Below the pieces are notes generated by a model. That model searched no databases, was not told the origin of the DNA, and saw nothing but the letters and a program-made list of their open reading frames with translations. DNA of 64,000 bases from Moniliella sp. 'wahieum' (taxonomy: Eukaryota): positions 310,001 through 374,000 of the forward strand of contig RSEE01000057.1 of NCBI GenBank assembly GCA_003971905.1, written 5' to 3'. Position 1 is the stretch's first letter; the number at the start of each line of letters is the position of its first letter. Below, one piece after another: positions 22,817 to 35,792 of the stretch. The position numbers and the translations under genes are program-made.

Positions 22817-25800
22817 ATGGCTGCCTCCCTCTCCCAGCCACCACGCCTGGGGCGTGATTGTGTTCGCATACGTCCACGAAGGCATCGTCCCTCCCCTCGA
22901 CCCACAGGGCATGCCCTCCCGGACGCATGTGTGTGGCCTGCCTTTGTCTTCGCTGCCATGCCCACCACCTGGCCCAAGCTCCAGGCCCTTCTGGCCTTGA
23001 TCGACGAGGAACGGCCGCCGGTTTCATCAGCGGCGTCCTCCCGTCCTGCTGGCCTGGACCAAAGAGGGCTTGCAACACACTCCGGCTCGCCGTCGAGCCG
23101 GCGCATGCCTATGCCTACCTTATGGCCGAAACCTTTGTGGCCGCCGGACTCAAAGTGCCCCTCACCCCCGCGGGCCCTCGCCGCGTACATTACGCGAGCA
23201 GCCCTCTCACTTTGCCAGCTGGGGAGAGATCGAAGCATTTATGGAAACACGCTACAAGATTCGCCGCCACCTCTCATCGGTCCGCTCGCCGGACGCGGTG
23301 GAAGCGATTGAACTGGACTTTGTCAACATGCTCATCGACTCCACCCTGCCCATCCATGGCCGCATCCCGAGCCTCGCCGCGCCTGATCGCACCTTGACCC
23401 AGCAGGCCCGGTACCCTCTCCCGCGCACACAACACCAGCCCGCGCCTCCTCCACGCTCTCTACTGCCCAAACTGCAAGTGCCGTTCCGACCAAGGTGGTC
23501 GCTCCGGCTCCTGCCGCCGACGATGTGTCGCCTAAGGCGGCAGAGCCCTCTCCCCGCGCGCATGCCGTCACGCCCCCATGGCGACTGCGGCTCGTCACAA
23601 TGGCCCGCAAGTGTCGGAGCGGATCCATCGGCTCTGGCTCCGTCTGCAGCTGCGCCACTGACGCAGTCACAGCTGGTTGCGCTTGCACAGGACCTGTGCA
23701 CACATGTCGCAACAGGCTCCCTGAGCTCGGCGGCTGCCTCTTTGGCGGCGGACGCTCGCGTGCCGGCGCATCTGGCTGCATTTATCCAGCATGCCCTCGC
23801 CAGTCTGACAGCAGTGCGTCGCAGCCGACTTTGAGCGAAGTTGCGCACCAGCTAGCCGAGGCTGCGCATGCCAGCCAGCGCCACCTGCTGCAGCACACTG
23901 CCCGTCCCATCGATCCCACCCACTTTGCCCGCATCACCGCCATCGACGTACGCCACCGTCCCAGCAGCAATGACGGCAGCCCTGTCCCCACCGTCCCCAC
24001 CGCAACTCCTACTCCTGACGCTGCTGCTGCTTCTGCCCTTGCTACTCTGCTCCTACTCCTGATTCTGCTCCTGCTCCTGCTTCTGTTCCTACTCCTGCGC
24101 GACAGTGGCCTCTTCTACCCCCGCAGAGTTGGGCTCAGCCTCTACGTCGGCTGCAGCGGATGAACCGGTGCTGATCCTGCCGTCATCTACGCCACTCCCC
24201 CTTGCTTCCTCGCCTTCGTCGGTGTCACCGCAGTCGCAGCGCCCCCCTTCTGCACGTGCGCCTGGGAAACAACCCGCCCCACCGACCGCCAGCCCCGGTA
24301 CCCGCCGTCTGAGTTCCAGCAGCGCCCACAGCGCCAGCAGCACTGCCCCTGGCATCGGCCCTGCCACGGCGCCCTCCGACACGACACAGAATCTTTCCGT
24401 GCTTCTGCCGGCAACAGCACCGTGCGCGACCGAACCCGCGGCAAGACCCCAGGCCGGGGCAGGGGGGGATGGGGTGACGCAGTGCAGCGCCGGATCGCAC
24501 TGCGCATCGATTGGAAGGACCGGGAGGAGATCCAGCGGTTCTGGCAGCGCATGTCACCTAAGGAGCGTTCGGCGCTGGTAGCGGCCGACGAGGTTCTTGT
24601 GCTCAAGAAGGTCTTAGAGCAGCGCGGCGGGTGTGAATGCTCCATCTGCACCCACCGGCGTGAGCGCCTGTTGGATGAGGTGCACGAGTCGTACGACCGC
24701 TACCGCCAGCAGCTCGCTCCCGCCACCCCACAGACCTCTCTTCGCCCCGACCGATCCAAATCCACCAAGTCCGCCGCCTTGGGGTCAGCCACGCAGGACT
24801 TGCTCTTGCCTTGGATGCTTACCATTTCGCCGCAGGGCCAGCTGGTCGGTAACTCGCTGTTGGCCACCTATCCGCCCTCGATCCAAGCCAGGCGGGAGAA
24901 GGCTCGTGGCGACACGGGCATGGCCGATATTCTGCTTGACGACGATGGTGGGTACGATCTGCCTCTTGAACCGAATGTCGATGTCGAGGACGAAATCCAG
25001 GGCATCTACAGCGGCTACTTGGATAGGATTGAAGGTACGCAGTCGATTTCTTCTTTCATCTTCCCACTCTGACTAACCTTGATCGTGTGCCTCCCTCCCC
25101 TCACATCCTCACCCTTTAGAATCCATCGATGTGGCCGACAAGCTACTGCTCAACCAAGCCCAACCCCTCCTAGACTTGATTGACCTGCTCTCACACGATC
25201 ATGGTCAGGTGGCCTATCAACTGGATCAGCCTTGGCCAATGGACGGGTTTGGTCCGACAGGCAAGAATGCACTGCGGTTTTTCGCCATCAAGGATGTTGC
25301 ACGAAGCATGGAAGTGCGATTTTTCACATTTGCTTCTCGCCTGCTTGAGCATCGGATCGGGAAGGAGTACCGAGAACGCCTTTCGACCGACCGCCAAACC
25401 CAGCTCCTGCTTGAGCTCGAGCGCTCAGCTGCCGAGGTCCGGGGCAAGGCAGCCAAGCGGGAAAAGGAGAATCAGCGCAAGAAGGATAAGAAACGGTATG
25501 TTTCTCTCTCTTTTCCTTATCCATACCGAAATAAAATACTGACGTTTCCACCCCAGGCAACTCCGCGAGCAGCGCGAGCAAGCCGAGCGGGAGCAAGAGC
25601 TGGCGCGTCAAGCTCAGGCCCAGGCAGAGGCTGAAGCGAAAGCTCAGCGCCGCCAGGCCGAGCTGGAACGGCAACAAAGCAACCGTGAACGACGGGAGCA
25701 GAGAAGCGGACCAAGGCCGAAGAAAAGGCTCGGCGTAAGGAGGAGGAGCGTCGCAAACGAGCCGAGGAGGAGCGTGTGCGGGAGGCAGAACGTGCTGAGC

Positions 25801-26892
25801 GTGAAGTTGATCGGGCACGTAGGGAGGAGGAAGAGCGTGTGCGGGCCCAAGAGGAGAAGGAAGAGGACCATCGTCGGACCGAAGCAGCTCGCCAACGATA
25901 GAGCCCTCTCCTGTCATATCCTCTCCCTTGCCTGCTTTAGTATCCTCCCCCGCCGGTAGCCGGCCATCTCCGCCTCACCATTCGCCGGCACTGGCCCACC
26001 GTCCAGTCTCCCGCCGGGACTGAGCCAGGTGCCTCGCCTTCCCTCTGAACCTATGCAGACCGCCGCGCATGTGCCCAATGGGCTGGGTTTGCCCCTCCCG
26101 GACTTGCATCCGCAGCGGGCTGGGCTGCCCCCCCGGGTCTCCAACGTGCATCACCTTTGCTACGGGCAGTGGGATTCCCAGCGCCCTTTCGGTGCCTAGT
26201 GCTGCGCGTCTCGCAGCACGTCCTTTTCTCTTGACACACCTTCTCTGGCAGTGGGATCGGCTGTTCCCTCTGCCTTGTCCCGCCATGGGCGGGTGGGACA
26301 CGTGGCCTGCCCGGCCCGAGTGGGGTTGGGGGTGCCCGAGTCGACAATGAGCCTAGCGCCTGGGAGCCCTATGGGGGAGCGATTTGCCCCCCCTGCTTCC
26401 CCTTGCCTGGGCGAGGGTCCAGCAGGAGCCCCGCGCCGCCCGTGGTGGGGCCGATCGGCCCGATCGGACCTCCGCGTCGGAAATCGCCCGAGCCCACACC
26501 TCTTTTCCATGCCAATGCCAGTCGCAGTCCGCCAGTGCCCGATACGATCTTGGGACCCGCCGCGCTTCGGTCAGCGGACGAGGACGAGGAGGTGTTTGTG
26601 CTGCGAGACGGGGCGGGCCGACTGCGCTCTCTGGGGCTGCGCCCGGGGCGCTGTAGGTAGGTGCAGGCGTAGGCGTACCTGCCTGGCCCTCTGGCCCTGG
26701 AATGGGCGAACCGTTGGGGCCACTGGGGCTGGGACCGCAACCTCCGCGCCAGCTTGGCCTGGCCCTGCTGTGCCGGGCCAGGCGGGGTGGGAGCCCAGTG
26801 CGAGGGAAGGGTTGGGTTGGGAGTTCCGTTGGATGCTCCGCCTGGTCTGCGGTTGCAGCCAGGGGCCGGGGTGTGGCTGCCGCCCGGAATGA
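22817..26892 (+). CDS. NST1: Nst1-like stress-response protein, divergent (start and end uncertain)
   Basis: DREEIQRFWQRMSPKERSALV...VLKKVLEQRGGCECSICTHRRERLLDEVHESYDRY resembles the Nst1 domain; intron 25035-25119; VADKLLLNQAQPLLDLIDLL; FASRLLEHRIGKEYRERLSTDRQTQLLLELE; intron 25496-25556; E/R-rich coiled coil followed by a Pro/Gly-rich tail. Confidence 0.7.
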
Positions 26893-27849
26893 CCAGCAGC
26901 GAGTATGGTGGGTGGAGGTGAAAGGCCGAGGGAATTCCATTCTGCATGTGCATTCCGTGGGAAGGAGGGGCGATAGAGTGGAGGGGAAGGCGCCCGAGGG
27001 GCAGAGGGTCCAGGAAAAGTGGTAAAAGATGTGTCTACCAACCAGGACTGCCTTCTGACTTGGGGCGTGGGACGGACAGAGCTTGCTCGTCACGTAGTTG
27101 ACAAGCCGAAGGCCCATAGGGCCTTGTGAGGATTGGTGGCCTACGTGAGTGAAGTATGCTGCCGATATGGCGGCAAGGGAGGGAGGGAGAGCCCTTCGAT
27201 TGGTTACGCTACTACTACTACCTATATGCATCAGCCAGAAGGAGAGGGTGAGACTAGTAACAGCTGGTGACCTTACGCCTTTGGCAGGGCATGTGTCGAT
27301 CTCGCTGCTTTGGTGAAGCCAAAGATGGTCTGTTCTGGGGGCTGTGTATATGACAGCGACAGGACACCCAATACATGGGGGGGGGGGTGTACACTCTACG
27401 CTCCAGTGTCTGCGCGCATCTGTCTTTACTTTAGCCATGAATGTGTCATTGCCTGGCACGTTGCCAAGAGCGGCGGAAGTCGCTCGGGAAGGCAGTAGAT
27501 GGGTGGCTGCTGCAGACTACGACCACGTGTCAGGTGGATGCAGCGGGTACGCACCCCAGTCTGCAACCACGGTGACGGCTGGGACCGGGATGGAATTTCG
27601 CACTGCATGAGGATCTCAACAATCAGCGGATGAAAAGGGGATGGCGCGGCGCAGACCAGGACACCAGGTACCGAGTGCCGGTACGCCCAACAGTCCAAGA
27701 GAGAAACGAGGGGAAAAAGAAGGGTCCCCAGCAGGGACAGGAGGCATGCCAACTGAGCCGAGAGAGCCCAAAACAAAAAAAGGATGGTGTAGCATTGAAG
27801 AACAGGGAGTGCATTGAATGGAAAGACACGGCATTGGTGCGGAAGGTTG

Positions 27850-29816
27850 ATTGGCTAGTGTGGGGTGTAGGGAAGGGCGGGCGGGGGGGCGGGGGCAAGG
27901 GGGCGAGGGGGTGGCAAGACATCAACGTTGAACGAGAGGGAAAGAGAAAGGCCAGCACTATACGTACCTGGCCATCAGAGCGCCGCCCCCTCATCTTCCT
28001 CTGCGGGCTCCCCCTCTTCCCTGGCGGCGCCTCGTCCGATGGCACGGTCACCGCGGGGGCAGGTGTTCCGGCACGGCGACGGGGAGCAAGGGCAGCACTG
28101 CGGGGGGAACGCTCGCCTTCGGACAGGATGGAGTCAGGGCGGGGGAGACGAGGAGGAAAGGATTTGGGGCTCTGCCTCGCGCAGCGCCTGGCTAATCCCG
28201 AAGATTTCCTCCAGCTCGGCCGGCTGGGGTCGATCGAGGTCATAAAAGTCAAACAGGTTGACGGCCGGCTGTTCGGGCACAAGACGACCTTTGCTGTCGC
28301 GCGGGGCGGGACCGACGCCGGTGCCCGAGGCGGAAGGAACGGCTTCGTCACGGAACTGCTGCATCTTCTCAGGCCACAGATCGTGGGCCCAGGCCTCAAC
28401 ATATGCAGAGGCCTTCATGAACTTTTTGCTTGCATACTTGCGGTAGAGGCAAGGGTGCATCGGAGACGCAAAACATAATCCAGCATCAGTTCGCTGTCGA
28501 CAGCAGCTCAACTAGGGTGTAACCCGAGTAGTGGACCAAGTGGGTCCCCCTCGCCCCGGGCAAGTACCTCGCGTGCGAGCCAGAGCCCAGCCGCGGCCAC
28601 AACCGAAGGGGGGGTGGACAGGAACCGATAGTCCACCGCCGCAATTTCGATCAGGTACTTGGCCACCGTACGTGTCTGGATATCGTAGTCGTCGGCCTTG
28701 GAGATGCGACGAAGAAAGTTCATGGGGTTGGGGTAGGACAAGTCGAACTGGAGCGTGCGCAGCAGGTACCGCTCGGCTGCCAGGATCTCTGCCTCGTCCA
28801 CCGCATTTTTGCACACGTACACGAAATTGGCCACTGACGGGACCATCACTTCCTCGTACTTAGCTGCCGTGAAGAGTGCTGTCACGCCAACCAACTGGAG
28901 TTTGGAGAGAGCAACGAGACGCATCGACAGTAATCTGTCGATAAGATTGACCGCAAGGAAAAAGGTTTCAGGGACAAGTGGAACTTGTTGTGGATGCTGA
29001 TGAGCCAGTCGACGAGCATGCCGCGCTCCTCCCATGTGATGTCGTCTTGCGACACGATGTACTGAGGGTTGGGCATGGTCTTAATCTGCATCGGCCCCAT
29101 AAGGGAGGTTAGTAGTGAAACGAAAAGAAGGATTACAAGCAACGTACCTCGAGGGTTTTCATGTACCGAAAGATGTCGTTGACATACTCGGACACCATCA
29201 GCGGGTCGTACTCATCCTCCTGGTCCAAATCCTCCCATCCCAAATCTTTCGGAGGCTGTACCACTACGGCCTTGGCCTCTTCCTCTGGAGGGTGGAGAGA
29301 AAAGGGAGACGAAGAGAAGCCAGCACCGCGGACGCGCTTACGTCGCGCCCTTCATCTGGCCCATCGCTCGTGCCTGCTTCGCTGGGCTCGGGTGCGCGGC
29401 TGCGCTTCGTACCGCGCACACGGGCTACAGGAGCAGCAGGCGCAGGCGCGGACTTTGCCGAGGGGTCGCGGTCCGACAGGGCGCTGGGCACAGGCCGAGA
29501 GGAGGACGGAGCTGCCCTGACGGCTCGTACCGGCCGGTTCGCAACCGCCCGGGCGGGTTTGGCGTCTGGTGCTGGTGCCGATGCCGATGCCGAGGCGGCG
29601 GGCGCGACGGTGTGGTTGGCGTCCTTGACAGCGAGGCCACGTGCAGAAGGAGCAGCGGAGGGTTTTGCCAGTGCCGGGGGGTGGCCCGACGTCGCGCGCG
29701 CGGCCGCGCGAGTGATGGGGCGGGTGGTGCGGGCCGCCGAACGCGTCGTTGGCTGGGGGGGGGGGGGGGCAGGAGGGTCAGGACGGGGGGGGAGGGGGGG
29801 GGAGCGCGCGTACCAT
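27850..29816 (-). CDS. B-type (G2/M) cyclin
   Basis: EDEYDPLMVSEYVNDIFRYM, intron near 29147-29087, TMPNPQY, ERGMLVDWLISIHNKFHL.PETFFLAVNLIDR, KLQLVGVTALFTAAKYEEV, LSYPNPMNFLRRISKADDYDIQTRTVAKY, YRKYASKKFMKAS. 3' end approximate. Confidence 0.93.
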
Positions 29817-31229
29817 GGCAGGGGGCGGGGAGCACGGGAGAGGGGCTGGGCGGCAGCGGTGGTGGGGCGGCGGGGGGCGCAGGCGGCGCTGCTCGTCGCG
29901 TGGATGGATGGGCGGTGGAGGGGCGATGGGATGGGCGGCGGGGTGCGGCGGGCGGCCGCGGCCTGGCCTGGGTCCGAGCACAGCAGCCGCGGGACACGGG
30001 CGCCGTGCCTCCTCCCGAGATCCGCGCCCCGCATGGCGCCAGTGTGCGCGCTCCGCTCCCACCACAACCCTACTGCTGCCGCGTCGGGGCGGCCGCAGTC
30101 GAGCAGCGCTCATGCATGCATCGTATGCATCGGTGGCCATCGATCCCCACCTGCGACGCGGGTGCCTCCGCTGGCTGGCGGGCATGCCAGCCAGCGCGTC
30201 CGTGCCCCCGGCACGCGTCCTGGGCCCGACCAGGCCGTCCCCCCACCACGAACCGGGCGGCGTGGACGCGTCCTTGGGGCGGGGGGAGGATGGGCGCGCG
30301 CCCCAGACGTGTGTTGCGCGCGGTGGGCGCAAAACGCGTCCTTTGCTGGCCGATCGCCACGACACAGCCCTGGTGCCCGGCCCCTGTGCTGCAGTTTTGC
30401 ACGTCGCGAGACGCGCTGGCCATTGAGTCGATCACGTGCACATCACCCGCCCATCATCCTCCGCGTTCCGGGGCGAAGCGGAGGCGCATTTTGTTCCGCT
30501 CCCCTTTGCTTTGTTCCGCTCCTTTTTCCGCCCGCCTGCGCGGAAAACCTCCACCCAGAGAAGAAAGATAAAAGGCCCGCTGGCCGGCTGCGCATCTTCC
30601 TTTTCTTCTTCCAAGGATTATTTTTCAGTCTCCCCCACACTCTGTGCTATCGTTGTCGAGCGACACAAGAGTGCCAGCGTGACCTTCGGGTTGCCGGGAG
30701 ACAAGAGCAAACCTCCTATCCCCCTGACAGGAACCATTAGCGCTAGACTCCGTGGCGCTCGTGGGCCGAATGTCATGGGACATGCCCTCCCTGCCTTTTC
30801 CCATGTCCTAATCCATGTCGTTTCCTCTGCTAAAACGCTTTTTGTATAGCATCTGAGGCCGTTATAGTTTGTGGTCCTTGAGAGATCAATATTTAATTGG
30901 CACTCCCCAGTGGGCGCTGATGAATCTAACTCCAATGTGTGGTCCCGTTCCGTTAAGTGTCATCCAGGGCAGCCCCTCTGCCAACGAGTACGGTGTAGCA
31001 ACTATGCGTAGTACAGCGGAGGTGTGAAGGCACTAAGAAGGATGGAAGAATGAGTACGGAGTAGGGATGCAATGCTGTGGCGCGCGTCAAATCCCACTTT
31101 CCTTTAAGTGGGTGAGTGTGCAAGCCAAGGAAAGGAAAGGGAGGAATAAAAAGGAAAGGACGCCAGGGGGCACCGAAGGTTCACGGCATCGGGACCACTG
31201 CGCTAGCAGCTAGGGTGCGTCCCGCCAGC

Positions 31230-31518
31230 TCACATAGCCGGCACAAGCACGTCAGCGCCAATGGTGCGGGCAAAGATAATGCCCGCAGCGAAAACGCCAA
31301 CACCCACGCAATGTTGAGGTTGCCAGCGCGCTTGTCGGCCGCAACAATTCCGAGTTCCAGAACCGCTTGAGCCAGCTTTGGCTGGGCTTGGCACGGCGCT
31401 CCGGAGCAAGGAAGCCCTTCTGTGCAGAGCTGGAGGAACGGGGGAAGAGGAGAAGAGGAAAATGTTAGCAGGGCAGGAGGGACAGTCGTGAGGCCACGTA
31501 CAGATACGAGGAAGACAT
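31230..31518 (-). CDS. Small tail-anchored protein, Tom6-like mitochondrial import subunit
   Basis: MSS, intron 31507-31430 (GTATCT..CTAAC..CAG), then SAQKGFLAPERRAKPSQSWLKRFWNSE..AADKRAGNLNIA..VGVFAAGIIFARTIGADVLVPAM*; about 70 aa with one C-terminal hydrophobic helix. Family call is by resemblance only. Confidence 0.55.
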
Positions 31519-31877
31519 GGGTCGTGGTGAGGTGAGAGAGCGAGAAGCACGTCCAATGGCGCTGGTGGCGTTGGACGCAGTGAGGCCAAGAGCAGGCGGA
31601 ATGAAGCGAAAATCTGGATTCCGCCGCTTCCAGAAGCTGCGCTGGCGCCTGTGCTGGCCGCCGCATGACGTCAGCGTTGCCGTTTCAACCTTGAGCGAGG
31701 GGCACGTGACCTCGTGAGCCTGCTCGGAGCCTCGGGGTGTTCCGGGGCGCGCGGAACCAGCAGCTAATGGCCGTGGCTCCGATCCGCGGCGGCGGCGGTG
31801 GGACCTGGCTGGACCGGTTGAACCCAGCGCTGGCCTGTGGTGGCGGCCTGCTCCGCCCTCACCTCCTCGACTCGACG

Positions 31878-32943
31878 ATGGCTCGCTGCCGAGCGCAGAC
31901 GCTGCTGGCGCGTGTCGTCTCTGCATGGTCCGCAGCGCTGGTGGTCCTAGCAGCTGCGCTTCTCTGCCTGCCGCTCGCGCTCCCCGCCGCAGTCGCCGCT
32001 CCCAACGCGGCGGAGCAGGTGCAGCATTTTTTCGGGGCCGCTCCCAATGGGTCGGACCACACCAACAACGGGCCGTGCTGGTATGCGCCAGCAAGTCTGG
32101 TTTAACTACCGCGTATGTTCCTCTTCCTCCCGCGCGCTTCCACCCTGACCTTGTCCGCTTGCGTTGCCCTTGCGCCTGCGCAGCACATGGCCAATACGCT
32201 GGGCATGTACCGCACCGTCAAGCGTCTTGGCATCCCGACTCGAACATCATCCTGATGCTCGCCGACGACGCGGCGTGCAACACGCGAAATACCCATCCTG
32301 GATCCGTGTATACTGAAGGCAACAAGCTTCTGGAGCTGTATGGAGACGATGTGGAGGTGGATTACCGTGGGCCGGAGGTGAGCGTGGAGAATCTATTGCG
32401 TCTCTTGACCGGTCGCGTGCCTGCAGGCACACCCAAGAGCAAACGGCTCGACTCGAACGCGCGGTCCAACATCTTCTTTTACCTTACTGGACACGGAGGG
32501 GACGAGTTCCTCAAGTTCCAGGACCACGAGGAGATCAGTGCGTTCGACCTGGCCGACGCGGTGGAGCAGATGTGGCAAAAGAGGCGGTACAACGAGCTGC
32601 TCTTTATGGTCGACACTTGCCAGGCCAACACGCTCTACACCCAGTTTTACTCCCCGCACGTCTTGGCCACGGGAAGTTCTGCCAAAGACCAAAACTCCTT
32701 TTCGGACAATACCGATCTGGACGTGGGCGTCGCATTGATCGATCGGTTCACCAAGCACGTACTCGAGTTTATGGAGCAGGTCAATCGAACCTCGACCGTC
32801 TCGATGCAGGAACTGTTTGATTCGTACGACCCGGTTACCATCCACTCCACCCCGGGCGTCAGGACGGACCTGTTCCAACGCGACCTGGCCTCCGTCCGTC
32901 TCACCGACTTTTTGGCGGCGTGTCCCAGGTCGAGCTGACATGA
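31878..32943 (+). CDS. GPI8: GPI-anchor transamidase catalytic subunit (peptidase C13)
   Basis: Signal peptide; HTNN.AVLVCASK.WFNYR, intron near 32112-32183, [36 protein letters not shown]; catalytic YLTGHGGDEFLKFQD and MVDTCQANT; ends LTDF(F)GGVSQVELT*. Confidence 0.95.
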
Positions 32944-33055
32944 GTCTCTCGCTGTGGTCCGAACGATACCTCTCTATATACTATCGTGTGGGTGCCCCAC
33001 ATTCAGTTCTGCCCCCCTCTTCCTGCCTAGATCAACATGGACCCGAGGGATGGAA

Positions 33056-34086
33056 TTAGACCCGTCCACTGAACTGTTCCCGTAGTGCCATGATCGTGGC
33101 TTTCTGCTCTGGGTCGAAACGGTCAATGTCGGCTTGAGAGAGAGAGAGGACCTGTTGGAGCAAGGCGCGTTGTTCTTCGGGAAGGAGGGGTCCACCGCCG
33201 GTGCCGGCGGGGCAGGTGGGACGGGTGGGGCGACAGGATGAGAGCAGGAGGGTAGGAGGGGGTGGCCAGCTGCAGCGCCATAGGGAGGGAAGGTAGGTGG
33301 AGGCGCGGGAGGCGGCACAGTCTGCGCCGTGGCACCGGCACTGAGTTGCTGCAGGACCTGGGGGTTGACAATGTTCATCATCAGCATCGCCTGGAATAGG
33401 GCATAGGCCAGTTGGGGATGCGACGTGAGTACCGCCTTGGCCTGCTCGGGTTTCCAAGGGAAAAGGTCTGAGAGAAAATGGTTAGGAAAATGGTCCCTGA
33501 CACAACGGAAGAACGACGTACGCGCATCTGGGTTAAAATGTCGAGCAATTGGTTGGGGGGCATGTGGGAGAGAGTAGTGCGAATCGCCTCGGTTGCTGCC
33601 TGGTTGGCTGAGGGAGCAGGAGGCGGGGGCGGCGGTGGGGCAGCGGCAGGGGATGAAACTTGTGGGGTCGGTGTCCAACCACCAGTGGGGGCCAATGGTG
33701 GTGCATGGTTGGGACCTGTAGAGGGGCCAGAGTGACGATCAAATTTGCGTTCTGAACCGCCCGAGTCCAGGCGGAGCGGCCGGCCGCCGATGGTGATGCC
33801 ATTGAGGTTGCGCACAGCGGACGCAGCTGTTTCTGGGTCCTCAAATTGGCAGAACCCATATCCCTTGGGCTTGTGCGTCTCGGGGTCGTACATCAAACGA
33901 AACTCGACGACGCGCCCAGCCTGGGAAAAGAGGTCGCTCAGCTGCTCCTCGGTCTGGTCATAAGGGATGTTGCCCACTAGAATGATGCGTGGGGAGAGTC
34001 AGCATGCGTACGAATGCGGAGAGGGCGCAGCTTGCTCGATGCGTACCAAACACATTTGGCGAGCCACGATTCGGAAGATTGTCCAT
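33056..34086 (-). CDS. RNA15: Cleavage stimulation factor CstF-64/Rna15 (RRM, hinge, C-terminal domain)
   Basis: MDNLPNRGSPNVF, intron, VGNIPYDQTEEQL..FRLMYDPETHKPKGYGFCQF..AVRNLNG; hinge PPNQLLDILTQM, intron, QAKAVLTSHPQLAYALFQAMLMM; C-terminus QRALLQQVLSLSQADIDRFDPEQKATIMALREQ. Confidence 0.92.
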
Positions 34087-34453
34087 GTGAACAGACGCGA
34101 CGGGTTGGCGGTAGCCGCGTTGGATTCTGCTTGCGGCTGCCGTAGCCACAGCAGCCGTCGCTGCAGCACTTCCGGCTTGGCACGGCAAACAAGGCGCTCT
34201 TACCTAATCGCATCCGCTGTCCTGGATGTCCGCCCCCCCCCCACGTGATCCAATGGGGTCCACTTCTCCCATTGCATTCCGCTCCGCCGTCCCATTCCGC
34301 CGGGGGGGCTTGTGTCATCACAATTTGGGGGGTGCGCTCCACCGGGGCATCTCCTGCGGCGGAAGCGTCGGATGCGGGGCGGGCGTAGCGCGACGTGGGT
34401 GGCAAGGTGTTGCTCGCCTGCTTCCTCTCCACCATCGTCCCGCTGTGCCCATC

Positions 34454-35057
34454 ATGGCGTCGGAAGAACAGCTGCACCGTGTACGTGCTTTCCCGCCCCG
34501 GACACCGTTGCCTTACCCTGCGCAACTCCCTCCCAGCCGGTGCCCGACGATCAGGCCTGGGCTCGCTCGCGACGCCGTCTGCTAACCCCCACCCCAGATC
34601 CTGCAGCAGATCCAAACCCAGGCCATCCTGTCCCAGCGGCAACTCAACGTGGTCAAAGCCCAGATCGTCAGCAAAGAGCGGGAGAAGACAATGCAAGCGC
34701 TGACCCTCACCCAGCTCGAGGCGGAGGAGAACGCCACGATGTACCGCGGCGTGGGCAAGATGTACGTTGCTCCCTCTGCTCCTCTGCATGGGGCCTGCCC
34801 TTAGCTAATTTTCCTCCCCTTAAGGTTCGTGCAGGAGAAGCCGGAAGTGCTCCTGGCCGAAATTCGCAAGCAGCAAAAGACGCGCAGGACGACGTGGCCA
34901 ATCTGTCCAAGAAGCAAAAGGTACGTTTGGCATGCTACGTCTGACACCCAGCCAGCTAACCGGGTTTGCCCAGTTCCTCGAGAAGCAAGTGGCCGACTCG
35001 CAGGCCCATCTCAAAGATCTGTTCAGCGGCATGGACCGTGCTGCTGCCCAGGCTTAA
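34454..35057 (+). CDS. PFD1: Prefoldin subunit 1 (beta type), three introns
   Basis: Exons read MASEEQLHR / ILQQIQTQAILSQRQLNVVKAQIVSKEREKTMQALTLTQLE..MYRGVGKM / FVQEKPEVLLAEIRKQQKDAQDDVANLSKKQK / FLEKQVADSQAHLKDLFSGMDRAAAQA*, with GTACGT donors at 34481, 34762 and 34921. Confidence 0.88.
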
Positions 35058-35792
35058 GTCCCTGCCATCCTTGGCTCACTGGGGGGGCAGGGAGGGGGGG
35101 GGAGTCTCCCTCACAGGCACGGTGGGAGGAGACGGCTGAAAGCGCCCTTCTTCTGTCCACGGCTTCTTCCCCTTTTTCCCCCCATCCTCGAAAAATACCC
35201 TTGGACGCCCCGATCTCTAACCGGGACTGCTCCAGTCTTTCGCTTCTGTTTCTCCCCTGGGGGCGAGATTCCAGCGACGCTGACGCTTCGTGGCCGCCCC
35301 GTTGTCTCATCCTTCCGAATCCCATGACCCTGCTCGCCCCAAAGAGCGTTTGTGCGGCGGGGTCGGATGGCCTGACCCCGCACCGACTACGTGGTAGGCA
35401 GAAATAGACATAGCGTAGCGTTGCTGCTCATGGTTCATGAGGCGGTCTGAGATCCAAGGCGTCTCGGGCCGACAGGGATCGACGGGGCCCGATGCGGCGG
35501 GCGGGCGGGCGGACGGCTGTTCTTGGCTAGGCTTGGCCCGAGTCGCACGGCTGTCGCTACCGAGGGCATGCTTACCTAATTCTGCGTGCTCGCCCATGCT
35601 TGCCCCCGAGGCTGGCGGGGTGCGGGCGCTTTTGCTGGGCCAGCAACAGGGTTGCTCGACGCGGAGCGGTGCGAAGAGCTGCCTGTCCACCCGCCACCTG
35701 CCGCCTCCGAAGACCAGCACGCCGCTCGTCCTCGCCAGCGCCAGCGCCGTCGCCATTGCCATTGCCATCGCCATCGACCCCACTCCCACCTC

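Noticed and set aside
29115..30740. Long + strand ORF (541 aa) and similar Arg/Gly/Ala/Pro-rich ORFs such as 44335-45621
   Set aside because: Shadow ORFs produced by high GC content or antisense to real genes; no protein motifs.
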